NCBI GenBank assembly: GCA_964370115.1
Contig: CAYJIA010000002.1
Location: 9,361-73,360, forward strand
Source of the DNA: an uncultured Eubacteriales bacterium
GTDB taxonomy: Bacteria > Bacillota > Clostridia > Oscillospirales > Acutalibacteraceae
DNA length: 64,000 bases
Direction: 5' to 3'
Below the pieces are notes generated by a model. That model made no database searches. It was not told where the DNA came from and saw only the letters and a program-made list of their open reading frames with translations. The translations under genes were made by a program, and so were the position numbers. Shown piece after piece: positions 55,383-64,000 of this stretch (position 1 is its first letter; every line of letters begins with the position of its first letter).

Positions 55383-56396
55383 ATGGTAGATTTAATTAAT
55401 ACTAATTCAGAAGAAACTTACGAAAAGATAAGAAACAGTGTAGTAAATGCTCAAAAAAAGATAATTTCTGCGGTGAATTTAGCGATGGTATTAGCCTACC
55501 ATGAAATAGGAGAACAAATTTACATAGCTTGTGGAGAAAACGACAGAGCACAGTATGGAAAAAATCTGCTGAAATTTTTATCAGAACAGCTTACCAAAGA
55601 ATTTGGCAAAGGCTTTACAGTAACAAACTTAAAATATATGAGACAGTTCTATTTAGCGTTTCCAATTCGCCACACACTGTGTGACCAATTGAGTTGGTCA
55701 CATTATAGAGCCCTTATGAAAATAAAAAAAGAAAAAAACCGCGCTTGGTATATGGAAGAATGTATCAAGAGTAATTGGAGTGTAAGGCAACTTGAAAGGC
55801 AAATTAACACCATGTTTTACGAAAGACTTTTGGCAAGCGAAGACAAAGAGTCAGTGTCCGCTGAGGTGAGTGAAAAAGAGCCAAGGCCAGAGTATGAAAA
55901 AATTATTCGAGACCCATACATTATGGAGTTTTTGAATTTAGAGAAAAGCTCAAGATATTATGAAAAAGACTTGGAAACCACAATTATAAATCATTTGCAA
56001 AAGTTCTTATTGGAGCTTGGTAGAGGTTTTTGCTTTGAAGCCAGACAAAAGCATTTTAGGATTGATGACGAGCATTATTATATAGATTTAGTTTTTTACA
56101 ACTATATTTTGAAATGTCATGTGTTGATTGACTTGAAAATGGGAAAACTTACACATCAAGACTTAGGACAAATGCAGATGTATACAAATTATTACACAAG
56201 AGAGCTAATGAGCGAGGGAGACAATCCGCCAATAGGTCTTGTATTGTGTGCCGATAAAGCAGATGCTGTGGTAAAATATACATTGCCTGAAGACAACAAG
56301 CAAATTTTTGCATCAAAATATATGACATACCTTCCTACAGAGGAAGAGCTTAAACGTGAAATAGACCTTGAGGAATTTATAAAAATGGAGGAATAA
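55383..56396 (+). CDS. YhcG-type PDDEXK nuclease-domain protein (DUF1016)
   Basis: Start at ATG 55383 behind GGAGGG. LSWSHYRALM, GRGFCFEARQKHFRIDDEHYYIDLVFYNYILKCHVLIDLK match the DUF1016 nuclease core. Confidence 0.8.
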   Translation: MVDLINTNSEETYEKIRNSVVNAQKKIISAVNLAMVLAYHEIGEQIYIACGENDRAQYGKNLLKFLSEQLTKEFGKGFTVTNLKYMRQFYLAFPIRHTLCDQLSWSHYRALMKIKKEKNRAWYMEECIKSNWSVRQLERQINTMFYERLLASEDKESVSAEVSEKEPRPEYEKIIRDPYIMEFLNLEKSSRYYEKDLETTIINHLQKFLLELGRGFCFEARQKHFRIDDEHYYIDLVFYNYILKCHVLIDLKMGKLTHQDLGQMQMYTNYYTRELMSEGDNPPIGLVLCADKADAVVKYTLPEDNKQIFASKYMTYLPTEEELKREIDLEEFIKMEE

Positions 56397-56398
56397 TT

Positions 56399-56944
56399 TT
56401 GAAATTATTTGAAAAGACACTTAAAAGCGAAGAGATATTTAAAGGAAAAATAATGACAGTCACCCTAGACGAGGTGGAGCTTGAAAACGGAGCCTTAGCA
56501 AAAAGAGAGGTAGTCCACCACAGCGGAGGAGTGTGTGTTGTAGCACTTAATGAAAAAGACGAGATATTTTTTGTAAAACAGTTTAGATATCCTTACAAAA
56601 AAGTGATACTTGAAGTGCCTGCTGGAAAACTAGAGGTCGGCGAAGACCCGTTTGAGGCAATGAAAAGAGAGCAAAGAGAAGAAACAGGAACCACTGCCGA
56701 CAGCTACATTTATCTTGGCGACCTATACCCAAGCCCTGGATATTGCGGCGAGATAATAAGGATATGGGCGTGCAGAATAAGTTCGTATGTCGACATGGAT
56801 TTAGACGAAGACGAGTTTATAGAAGTAGAAAAAATTCACATAGAAAAAGCATTTGAAATGGTAATGAATAACGAAATAGAAGACTCAAAAACACAGGTGG
56901 CAATAATGAAAGCCTATATATTATTTAAGGAGAAGAAAATATGA
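56399..56944 (+). CDS. NUDIX hydrolase (ADP-ribose pyrophosphatase-like)
   Basis: TTG start behind GGAGGA. Nudix box GKLEVGEDPFEAMKREQREETG. Confidence 0.85.
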   Translation: MKLFEKTLKSEEIFKGKIMTVTLDEVELENGALAKREVVHHSGGVCVVALNEKDEIFFVKQFRYPYKKVILEVPAGKLEVGEDPFEAMKREQREETGTTADSYIYLGDLYPSPGYCGEIIRIWACRISSYVDMDLDEDEFIEVEKIHIEKAFEMVMNNEIEDSKTQVAIMKAYILFKEKKI

Positions 56945-57615
56945 TTAACTTAATGAAAACAGAGAAGCTTTTAGACCTTACAAAAACACTGGCTAAAGAA
57001 TATTTTGAAAAATGCGAGTATCCATGGCAAATTCTGCCTAAAATTGGTGATATGGTAATAGAGATTGGCAAAAACCTTGATAAAAAGGAGTATACAGAGG
57101 TAGAAAAAAATGTATGGGTGTCAAACTCTGCAAAAATTTTCCCAAATACCTACATAGCTCCTCCTTGCATAATAGGACATAACACAGAGGTAAGACCGGG
57201 TGCGTTTATAAGAGGAAGCGTCTTAGTTGGCGAAAACTGCGTTGTGGGAAATTCCACAGAGCTTAAAAATGTAGTATTATTTAATAATGTTCAAGTCCCT
57301 CACTATAACTATGTAGGAGACTCGGTTCTAGGCTATAAGGCGCATACGGGAGCCGGCGCAATAACATCAAATGTTAAACAGGACAAAAGCCTTATATCTG
57401 TAAATTTTGAAAAAGAAAAAGAAGACACTGGGCTTAAAAAATTCGGTGCGATTTTAGGCGACAATGTAGAAATAGGTTGTAACACAGTCATGAACCCCGG
57501 CACCGTTGTTGGACGTGGCTCGAGAGTGTACCCTCTGTCAATGGTAAGAGGATTTGTAAAGGAAAATCATATTTACAAAACAAAGGGAGAAGTGGCAGAG
57601 ATTTTAGATATTTAA
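56941..57615 (+). CDS. hexapeptide-repeat (left-handed beta-helix) transferase, GlmU C-terminal-like
   Basis: 224 aa with repeated [LIV]G..... hexapeptides (IGHNTEVRPGAFIRGSVLVGENCVVGNSTELKNVVLFNNVQV). Confidence 0.65.
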   Translation: MINLMKTEKLLDLTKTLAKEYFEKCEYPWQILPKIGDMVIEIGKNLDKKEYTEVEKNVWVSNSAKIFPNTYIAPPCIIGHNTEVRPGAFIRGSVLVGENCVVGNSTELKNVVLFNNVQVPHYNYVGDSVLGYKAHTGAGAITSNVKQDKSLISVNFEKEKEDTGLKKFGAILGDNVEIGCNTVMNPGTVVGRGSRVYPLSMVRGFVKENHIYKTKGEVAEILDI

Positions 57616-57632
57616 AAAGTAAGAGGTGAAAT

Positions 57633-59321
57633 ATGCAAGAATTTATAAGCAATATAATGAACTCACCCGTGATTTCATTTATAATGCTAATGCTAAGGAT
57701 AATAACTCCGCTTATTGCAGTCTTTGTGGTATGGCAGTGCTATAGCTCTTTTAGACAAGGGTTAAGAAGAACAAAACCATTGGTGGTGTTAAGAGATGTG
57801 GACACGGGAAACGTCTACCCCGTCTTGTACTGGGAAAACTCCATAGGAAGAAGTAAAAGCAGTGATATCACCCTGCTTGACAACACGGTTTCAAGAGACC
57901 ACGCAGTGCTTTTTAGGCGTGACGCAGGCTGGTTTATAAGCGACACAGACTCTAAGGCAGGAGTGTACTTAAACGAAAGACAAGTAAAAGAGAAAAAAAG
58001 AGTCGCAATAGGCGATGTGATAAACATAGGCATGTCTTTTCTAGAGCTTGCAAACACCACAGACATAGAAAGCCACAGCCAGATGAATAAAAGATACAAC
58101 AAGGGTTTAAGCTCGTTTATGCTCATGTTTTTTACAAGCGTGGTGCATGCCTTGTTGGGATTTCAGTTAACATTTGGTACGGGCGAATTTAGACCCGACG
58201 GACTCGTGATTTTTGCGGCGATTTTTATACTATCTTGGCTTTTTTATATAGTATCGGTAAAAATCTTAAACAGGGTGAGTTTTGAGGTCGAAACCATAGG
58301 AATACTCTTAAGCGGAATAGGCATAATGCTCTTGTCGGGCAGAACAGTGTTGCATGTCGTGACACAGTTTGCCTCTTTCGGAATAGGACTTATAGTATTT
58401 ATATTTTTAATTTGGTTTATGTCAGACCTTGAAAGGGTGACAAAGTTCAGGCTGTTTTTCGCAATAGGTTCAATACTGTTTTTTGTAGTGAACTTAGTCT
58501 TGGGCTCGACAATAAACGGCTCGACTAACTGGATAATGATAGGCCCTATAAGCGTTCAACCCTCAGAGCTTATAAAAATAGGTTTTATAATAGTCGGCGC
58601 GTCTACACTAGACCGACTACAAACAAAAAAGAACATAGGTGAATTTATTTTGTTTGCCATGATTTGTATGGGATTTTTATTTGTCATGCGAGATTTTGGC
58701 TCGGCACTCATATATTTTGTAGGATTTTTAATAATCGCATTTATGCGCTCGGGTAACCTTAGAACGATAGCGCTAATCATTGCCGCAGCCGCAATAGGCG
58801 CCGTGATGATAATTTACTTTATGCCGTATGTTGCACAGCGTTTTGCAGGGTGGACAAATGTATGGGATCATGTAAACGACAGCCTTGGATATCAACAAGT
58901 AAGAACCCTTACCTATATGGCAAGTGGCGGATTTTTTGGAATGGGACTTGGAAATGGCTTTTTACACTATGTCGCAGCGGCAGAAAACGACTTGGTTTTC
59001 GGCCTGATGACAGAGGAGCTAGGCTTGATAATGGGGCTTTGTGTCCTCCTTGCGATAAGCCTGTTTACAATGTATGCAAAGGCAGACGCAACAAAGACAA
59101 GGTCGGCGTTTTACTCGATATGCGCCTGTTCTGCCGCAGGATTTTTGCTCTTTCAGACGGCACTAAACGTGTTTGGCGCAACAGATGTCTTACCGCTTAC
59201 GGGCGTTACCCTGCCTTTTATAAGCATGGGCGGTACAAGCATGATTTCCGTATGGGGAATGCTCGCGTTTATCAAAGCATCAGACGAAAGAGTATATGCC
59301 GTGCGAAGAAAGAAGGTGTAA
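57633..59321 (+). CDS. FHA domain fused to FtsW/RodA/SpoVE (SEDS) family protein
   Basis: 562 aa. One TM, then an FHA core (IGRSKSSDITLLDNTVSRDHAVLFRRDAGWFISDTDSKAGVYLNERQV), then a 10-TM SEDS body (IGPISVQPSELIKI, LPLTGVTLPFISMGGTSM). Confidence 0.85.
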   Translation: MQEFISNIMNSPVISFIMLMLRIITPLIAVFVVWQCYSSFRQGLRRTKPLVVLRDVDTGNVYPVLYWENSIGRSKSSDITLLDNTVSRDHAVLFRRDAGWFISDTDSKAGVYLNERQVKEKKRVAIGDVINIGMSFLELANTTDIESHSQMNKRYNKGLSSFMLMFFTSVVHALLGFQLTFGTGEFRPDGLVIFAAIFILSWLFYIVSVKILNRVSFEVETIGILLSGIGIMLLSGRTVLHVVTQFASFGIGLIVFIFLIWFMSDLERVTKFRLFFAIGSILFFVVNLVLGSTINGSTNWIMIGPISVQPSELIKIGFIIVGASTLDRLQTKKNIGEFILFAMICMGFLFVMRDFGSALIYFVGFLIIAFMRSGNLRTIALIIAAAAIGAVMIIYFMPYVAQRFAGWTNVWDHVNDSLGYQQVRTLTYMASGGFFGMGLGNGFLHYVAAAENDLVFGLMTEELGLIMGLCVLLAISLFTMYAKADATKTRSAFYSICACSAAGFLLFQTALNVFGATDVLPLTGVTLPFISMGGTSMISVWGMLAFIKASDERVYAVRRKKV

Positions 59322-59324
59322 AAA

Positions 59325-60659
59325 TTGAAGACGACAGGAAGACGATCTATAGTCTTATATGTGCTATTATTAGCGTTTATAGGAGGTGTGGCGTATTTGG
59401 TTTTTAATATGTTTACACAGGGCGGAAAGTGGATAGCACAGCCGTATAACGGTCATATTTATGCCGAGAGCTCAACTGTGCAAATTGGAGATATACTAGA
59501 CACTAACGGTGTGCTTTTGGCAACAACCGAAGACGGCGTTAGAACCTATAGCGACAACAGCGACATAAGACATTCGCTTTTGCACACAATAGGAGACAGC
59601 AATGGATATATAGGAACAAGCGTTCAAAACAATATGCTAGAGCACTTGATGGGATACAACCCAATTTTTGGATTAAACGACTTGCCTTTTGGGCAAAATG
59701 ATTTGAAACTCAGCATAGATGCAAATATAAACTCCATAGCGTATGAGGGACTAAACGGAAAAAACGGCGCTGTGCTTATGTACAACTACAAAACAGGCGA
59801 AATTATAGCAAAGGTGAGCGCGCCGACATTTGACCCGTCAAACCAACCTGAAGATTTGCTTACAAATGAAGACTACGACGGTGTACTGCTAGACAACACT
59901 GTGTCGTCGAGTTATACTCCAGGTTCTGTGTTCAAGACTGTCACCTCGGCGGCGCTTATGGAAAATGTACCAAACTGGGAGGACACCACTTATTATTGTG
60001 GAGGACACTTAGACGTGGGAGTCGACAGGATAACCTGCCTTGGAACCCACGGTGACATAGACGTATACGAGGCGTATGGCAGGTCATGTAACATCTTCTT
60101 TGCAAAAGCGGCTATGGACATGGGTGCCGATACCTTAGAGCAGGTGTCAGAGGATTTAGGGTTTAACCAAAATTTAGACTTAGGTGAGTTTACGACGGTA
60201 AAAAGCGTCATAGACCTAGAGGACGTGGCAGAGGTAAACCTCGGTTGGTCAAGCGTAGGACAGTACACAAACACTGCAAACCCCATGCATATGCTAATGC
60301 TCGTTGGAGCTATTGCAAATGGCGGAGAATACGTGCACCCGACAGTGCTAGAGGGTTCAAACGCAGGACAAAAAACAAGGCTTATGAGCACCGAACTTTC
60401 AAACGAGTTATCAGGTCTTATGAGAAATGCAGTAGAAAACTACTACTATGACTCAAGGTTTCCAAGTGGCATGCAAATTGCCGCAAAAACAGGCACAGCA
60501 GAAGTAGGAGAAGGCAAAGAGCCAAACGCATGGTTTATGGGCTTTTCCCAAAACCCCGAAACCCCTTATGCCTTTGTGGTAGTAGTAGAAGAAGGCGGAG
60601 GCGGCATAGACATAGCGCTAGACATAGCGGTGGATATGCTTTCTTTAATTGAGAATTAA
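59325..60659 (+). CDS. class B penicillin-binding protein (transpeptidase)
   Basis: 444 aa with an N-terminal anchor and motifs SVFK (SxxK), SCN (SxN) and KTGT. The last four codons and the stop (TTA ATT GAG AAT TAA) lie in the adjoining repeat arm. Confidence 0.88.
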   Translation: MKTTGRRSIVLYVLLLAFIGGVAYLVFNMFTQGGKWIAQPYNGHIYAESSTVQIGDILDTNGVLLATTEDGVRTYSDNSDIRHSLLHTIGDSNGYIGTSVQNNMLEHLMGYNPIFGLNDLPFGQNDLKLSIDANINSIAYEGLNGKNGAVLMYNYKTGEIIAKVSAPTFDPSNQPEDLLTNEDYDGVLLDNTVSSSYTPGSVFKTVTSAALMENVPNWEDTTYYCGGHLDVGVDRITCLGTHGDIDVYEAYGRSCNIFFAKAAMDMGADTLEQVSEDLGFNQNLDLGEFTTVKSVIDLEDVAEVNLGWSSVGQYTNTANPMHMLMLVGAIANGGEYVHPTVLEGSNAGQKTRLMSTELSNELSGLMRNAVENYYYDSRFPSGMQIAAKTGTAEVGEGKEPNAWFMGFSQNPETPYAFVVVVEEGGGGIDIALDIAVDMLSLIEN

Positions 60660-60783
60660 TAATTGAGAATTAATAATTGAGAATTGAGAATTGTGGCGAA
60701 AATCCTTTGGATTTTTTATTTTAAAGAAAATGCTTTGCATTTTTCGCCACAATTCTGCACTCTGCATTCTCCATTCTCAATTA
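60647..60783. repeat. palindromic double copy of the AT-armed repeat
   Basis: Arms of (aattgagaattaat)n, with GAATTGTGGCGAAAA (60688-60702) the exact reverse complement of TTTTCGCCACAATTC (60741-60755). Inside are hairpins GAAAATCC-ttt-GGATTTT and GAAAATGC-ttt-GCATTTTT in opposite orientations. Confidence 0.85.
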
Positions 60784-60791
60784 CTAAATCT

Positions 60792-60821
60792 TTGACACCT
60801 CGTATTCGCCTATGATATAAT
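60792..60821 (+). promoter_or_regulatory. sigma-A-type promoter of metA
   Basis: TTGACA (60792-60797), 18 nt, TATAAT (60816-60821), 35 nt before the metA start codon. Confidence 0.7.
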
Positions 60822-60856
60822 GTAATATAATTTTCAAAAAAAATTAGGAGGAATTT

Positions 60857-61786
60857 ATGCCTATAGTTATGAGTGGCGATTTGCCGGCACTTGAAGTTTT
60901 AAGCTCGGAAAATATTTTTGTAATGAGTCATAAAGACGCAGATATTCAAGATATAAGACCCTTAAATATTTTGCTTTTAAACTTAATGCCAACTAAGATT
61001 GAGACAGAAACACAAATTTTAAGACTTTTGGGAAATTCTCCTTTGCAAGTGAATGTCGATTTTTTGCACATGGCATCACACAAAAGTAAAAATACTTCTC
61101 AAACACATATAAACACTTTTTATAAAGAGTTTTCACAGATAAAAGAAAACCGTTACGACGGTATGATAATAACAGGCGCACCGGTAGAGAAACTTCCGTT
61201 TGAAGAAGTCGACTACTGGGACGAGCTATGCGACATTATGCGCTGGTCGATAACAAATGTCTATTCGACCATGCATATATGCTGGGGAGCACAGGCAGGG
61301 ATGCACTTTCACTATGGAATAGACAAGCATATGTTGCCGCAAAAACTCAGCGGTATATATAACCACAAGGTGCTAAACCCCTATCACCCACTAATGCGCG
61401 GGTTTGACGACAACTACTTTGCACCACACTCAAGATACACAGATGTTACGACAGTAGACGTTAAAAATCATCCTGATTTAATAGTCTTGTCGCTGTCAAA
61501 ACTTGCAGGGCTACATATAGCCGCATCAAAAAGCGGTAGACAGTTTTTCGTTACAGGTCACGCAGAGTACGACAGGGACACCTTGGCAAAAGAGTATTTC
61601 AGGGATTTAAACAAGGGGCTTAACCCCACGGTGCCATACAATTATTTCCCAGAGGACGACGACACAAAAACACCACCGTTTACGTGGAGAAGCAACGCAC
61701 ACCTGCTTATTTCAAACTGGCTTAATTACTATGTATATCAGCAAACACCATTTGATCTAAAAGATTTACAAGCATGGAAAGTATAA
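60857..61786 (+). CDS. metA: homoserine O-acyltransferase (MetA family)
   Basis: 309 aa with conserved MetA N-terminus MPIVMSGDLPA...IRPLNILLLNLMP and ICWGAQA around the catalytic Cys. Confidence 0.92.
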   Translation: MPIVMSGDLPALEVLSSENIFVMSHKDADIQDIRPLNILLLNLMPTKIETETQILRLLGNSPLQVNVDFLHMASHKSKNTSQTHINTFYKEFSQIKENRYDGMIITGAPVEKLPFEEVDYWDELCDIMRWSITNVYSTMHICWGAQAGMHFHYGIDKHMLPQKLSGIYNHKVLNPYHPLMRGFDDNYFAPHSRYTDVTTVDVKNHPDLIVLSLSKLAGLHIAASKSGRQFFVTGHAEYDRDTLAKEYFRDLNKGLNPTVPYNYFPEDDDTKTPPFTWRSNAHLLISNWLNYYVYQQTPFDLKDLQAWKV

Positions 61787-61798
61787 GGAGTATTAGAC

Positions 61799-62425
61799 AT
61801 GAATAAAAAATACGACAGCATAATTTTCGATTTAGACGGAACACTTTGGAACTCCACCCCTCAGATATCTATATGCTGGGAAGAAGTTCTAAAAGGAACA
61901 AAGTACAAAGCACCAAGCCTTGATGCACTCTACAAAGTAATGGGTTTGCCCGACGACGAACTTATGCAAATTTTATTCCCGGGAATAGACCCAAAAGAGG
62001 GAAAAAGGCTGTTTGATCTTTGCTGTGACCTTGAAAACGTCCACTTAGAAAAGCAAGGAGGAACGGCGTATGAGGGAATAGAAGAAACCTTAAAAGAACT
62101 GTCAAAAAAATACCGCCTTGCAATAGTAAGTAACTGCAACGACGGCTATATAGAGGCTTATTTTGCATCTATGGGCACAAAAGAGTATTTTGAAGACTAT
62201 GAAAGTTTCGGCAGGACAGGACTTTCAAAAAAAGATAATATTATAGATGTAATTAAAAGAAACGGCTACAAAAATGCAGTCTATGTAGGCGACACGATAT
62301 GGGATATGCAGTCGGCGCAAGGTGCTGGAATAGACTTCATCCATGCAAACTATGGCTTTGGCGACTTTGAAGCCTGTGGAGAAGTGATAAACAGCCCAAA
62401 AGAGTTGCTCGATATTTTGGGTTGA
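61799..62425 (+). CDS. HAD-superfamily hydrolase (phosphoglycolate phosphatase-like)
   Basis: Motif I IIFDLDGTLW, motif II VSNC, motif IV VGDTIWD. Confidence 0.8.
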   Translation: MNKKYDSIIFDLDGTLWNSTPQISICWEEVLKGTKYKAPSLDALYKVMGLPDDELMQILFPGIDPKEGKRLFDLCCDLENVHLEKQGGTAYEGIEETLKELSKKYRLAIVSNCNDGYIEAYFASMGTKEYFEDYESFGRTGLSKKDNIIDVIKRNGYKNAVYVGDTIWDMQSAQGAGIDFIHANYGFGDFEACGEVINSPKELLDILG

Positions 62426-62439
62426 TAAAAGTTTTCTAA

Positions 62440-62625
62440 ACTTCGATTTGCAGAAAACCCAAAGGCAAGAGCAGAGCCCTTGCCCTACAGTTACGCCTTA
62501 TATTTTGTGTAACCCTCACGAGCGGTCATTGACCGCCCGAAATCCACCAGTGATTTTAAATTAACACGTAGGGGCGACGTTTCGTCGTCCAAAAATTTCC
62601 ACAAAATCCCACTAAAATATTAAAA
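62440..62625. repeat. REP-like hairpin cluster
   Basis: GGCAAGAGC-aga-GCCCTTGCC-CTAC (62464-62488, minus orientation). GAGCGGTCA-tt-GACCGCCC-gaaatccaccag (62520-62550). GTAG-GGGCGACG-ttt-CGTCGTCC-aaaaatttccacaaaat (62568-62607); this hairpin is identical to the one at 42373-42395. Confidence 0.85.
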
Positions 62626-62638
62626 AGGAGTAGACACC

Positions 62639-63703
62639 ATGAAACAGGAATTTTTATTTTCAAGCTTTCCTTTTATAGCAGGAAACGAGATAACTCTGTC
62701 CCAGATTTATTCATCAGATGCTAAAAAGATAGAAGAGCTTATAAAAACGACAAAATACGCAAAATATTCGGCAAATAATTTTTTAAGACTTACGCAAGAA
62801 GCTTTTAAGGCGAGGGCGTATATTTTTCTTGGTGCCTATCAAAAATCCGACTTGACAAAACTTTTGGGCATAGTAAAGCTGGGAGATTTTAACCAACAGC
62901 TTTCCGCAATGTCCATAGACCTGTTTTTAGGAAGCGATGCAACAGAGGAAATGACTTCTCTAATACTAAGTACTACGGTGTCACATTTATTTGAAATAGT
63001 GAAAGTAAACAGAGTTTACAGCACATTAAACTTTGAAAAACCAATGTTTGAAGAAGCTCTTTCGGACTGCGGTTTTGTAAAAGAGGGAGTGTTAAGACAA
63101 GGGTATTATGACAGTGAATTCGGAGTGTTAAGCCCCGTTACATACTCAATGATTAAATCCGACTATGCGCAAAGCATGGGGACAAGCCTTGTGATAAAAG
63201 ACGGCGATTTTTGCCTTACAAAAATGACGGAAGACGACTTTTCGGTACTAACCGAGTGGTTCGACGACTATAAACTGACGAGAATGTTTTGCGAAGAAGG
63301 CGAGTTTTTGAACTTCCCACAAATAGTGCAAAAATTCTCACCATACATAGAAAGCAAAAGCGAAATTTTAAGCTTTATAATAAAAAATCAAGAAGATTTC
63401 TTGGGATATATCCAGCTAGACCCTATAAAAGACGAGCTAAAACACTATCATTTAAAATCAAATGATAAGGCGTATACAGTAAAAATGTTTATTGCAAACG
63501 AAAAAATGCGCGACAAAGGATATGGAAGTCACGCACTGAATATTTTAAGCCACTATATGTTTAAAAAAGGCATGGCAACAGCATTTGCAGTGGGTATAGA
63601 GAAAGAAAACACGCAGGCGGTGTCGGCGTTTGTGAGGGCGGGTTTTGAGAAACAAAGCTCGCACTTTAGCGACGAAACAGTACTTTTACATAAATTACTT
63701 TAG
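62639..63703 (+). CDS. tandem GNAT-family N-acetyltransferase
   Basis: 354 aa. Two acetyltransferase-like halves, the second with R..GYGS (MRDKGYGSHAL) and ENTQAVSAFVRAGFE. Confidence 0.7.
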   Translation: MKQEFLFSSFPFIAGNEITLSQIYSSDAKKIEELIKTTKYAKYSANNFLRLTQEAFKARAYIFLGAYQKSDLTKLLGIVKLGDFNQQLSAMSIDLFLGSDATEEMTSLILSTTVSHLFEIVKVNRVYSTLNFEKPMFEEALSDCGFVKEGVLRQGYYDSEFGVLSPVTYSMIKSDYAQSMGTSLVIKDGDFCLTKMTEDDFSVLTEWFDDYKLTRMFCEEGEFLNFPQIVQKFSPYIESKSEILSFIIKNQEDFLGYIQLDPIKDELKHYHLKSNDKAYTVKMFIANEKMRDKGYGSHALNILSHYMFKKGMATAFAVGIEKENTQAVSAFVRAGFEKQSSHFSDETVLLHKLL

Positions 63704-63719
63704 GAAATGAGAAAGCGTT

Positions 63720-64000
63720 ATGAGCCACTATTTTACAAATAATGACGATTTAAAAGACGAGGAAAAGGAAATTGATTTCTACTTTGGTGGAGAAAAATTC
63801 TCTTTTAAGACAAACAGCGGAATGTTCTCGCCCGACAGTGTGGACGAGGGCACGATAATCATGCTAGAAAATATAAAAAGCCTAAACGGCGATATACTAG
63901 ACCTAGGTTGTGCCTATGGCGTGGTGGGAATTACCATGGGAAAAATATTTAAAGAGCAGATAAAAAGCATTACTATGTCAGATGTAAACGAAAGAGCGCT
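63720..64000 (+). CDS. class I SAM-dependent methyltransferase (RsmC/YbxB-like), 5' part, runs off the window
   Basis: ATG 63720: MSHYFTNNDDLKDEEKEIDFYFGGEKFSFKTNSGMFSPDSVDEGT...ILDLGCAYGVVG (SAM motif I). There is no stop before the window ends. Confidence 0.7.
   Translation, partial: MSHYFTNNDDLKDEEKEIDFYFGGEKFSFKTNSGMFSPDSVDEGTIIMLENIKSLNGDILDLGCAYGVVGITMGKIFKEQIKSITMSDVNERA

Noticed and set aside
55383-56396. YhcG/DUF1016 PDDEXK nuclease as part of a defence system
   Set aside because: It is solitary. No methyltransferase, ATPase, helicase or other defence-type partner is adjacent; its neighbours are a lipoprotein and a NUDIX hydrolase. There is not enough evidence to propose a system.
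60790-60856. Riboswitch or T-box leader upstream of metA
   Set aside because: The promoter -10 element lies only about 35 nt from the start codon. That is far too short for a SAM riboswitch or T-box, and no conserved leader elements are seen.

Overview
AT-rich Firmicutes (Clostridia-like) chromosomal window, mostly housekeeping genes. It holds part of the origin-proximal gene set: mnmE-mnmG-rsmG on the minus strand, diverging from a ParB/Noc-like gene, soj and spo0J on the plus strand, with two perfect parS palindromes. Other content: pflBA, htrA, malic enzyme, tRNA-Met and tRNA-Glu, mnmA, an ApbE/NusG-II/Gx block followed by rnfCDGEAB, an FHA-SEDS/bPBP pair, metA, and several MATE and ABC exporters. 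Two things are not explained by the ORF track. (1) Almost every intergenic gap is filled with modular palindromic repeats. One family is GC-rich triloop hairpins, each preceded by GTAG (REP/BIME-like), with the largest array at 25.6-26.9 kb. The other is a ~120 bp composite element with stop-codon-rich inverted AT arms and two short hairpins, which abuts or even supplies the stop codons of neighbouring genes. (2) A compact 9.7 kb, 14-gene phage-derived locus (43.3-53.0 kb) has PBSX/Mu-like head and baseplate modules. It has no sheath, tube, tape measure, fibre, lysis, integrase or regulator genes, and its small terminase lacks the N-terminal half. I saw no CRISPR array, rRNA or recognisable defence system. 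All function calls rest on motifs read by eye; no database search or folding was run, and novelty of the repeats or the phage-like locus cannot be established from this window alone.
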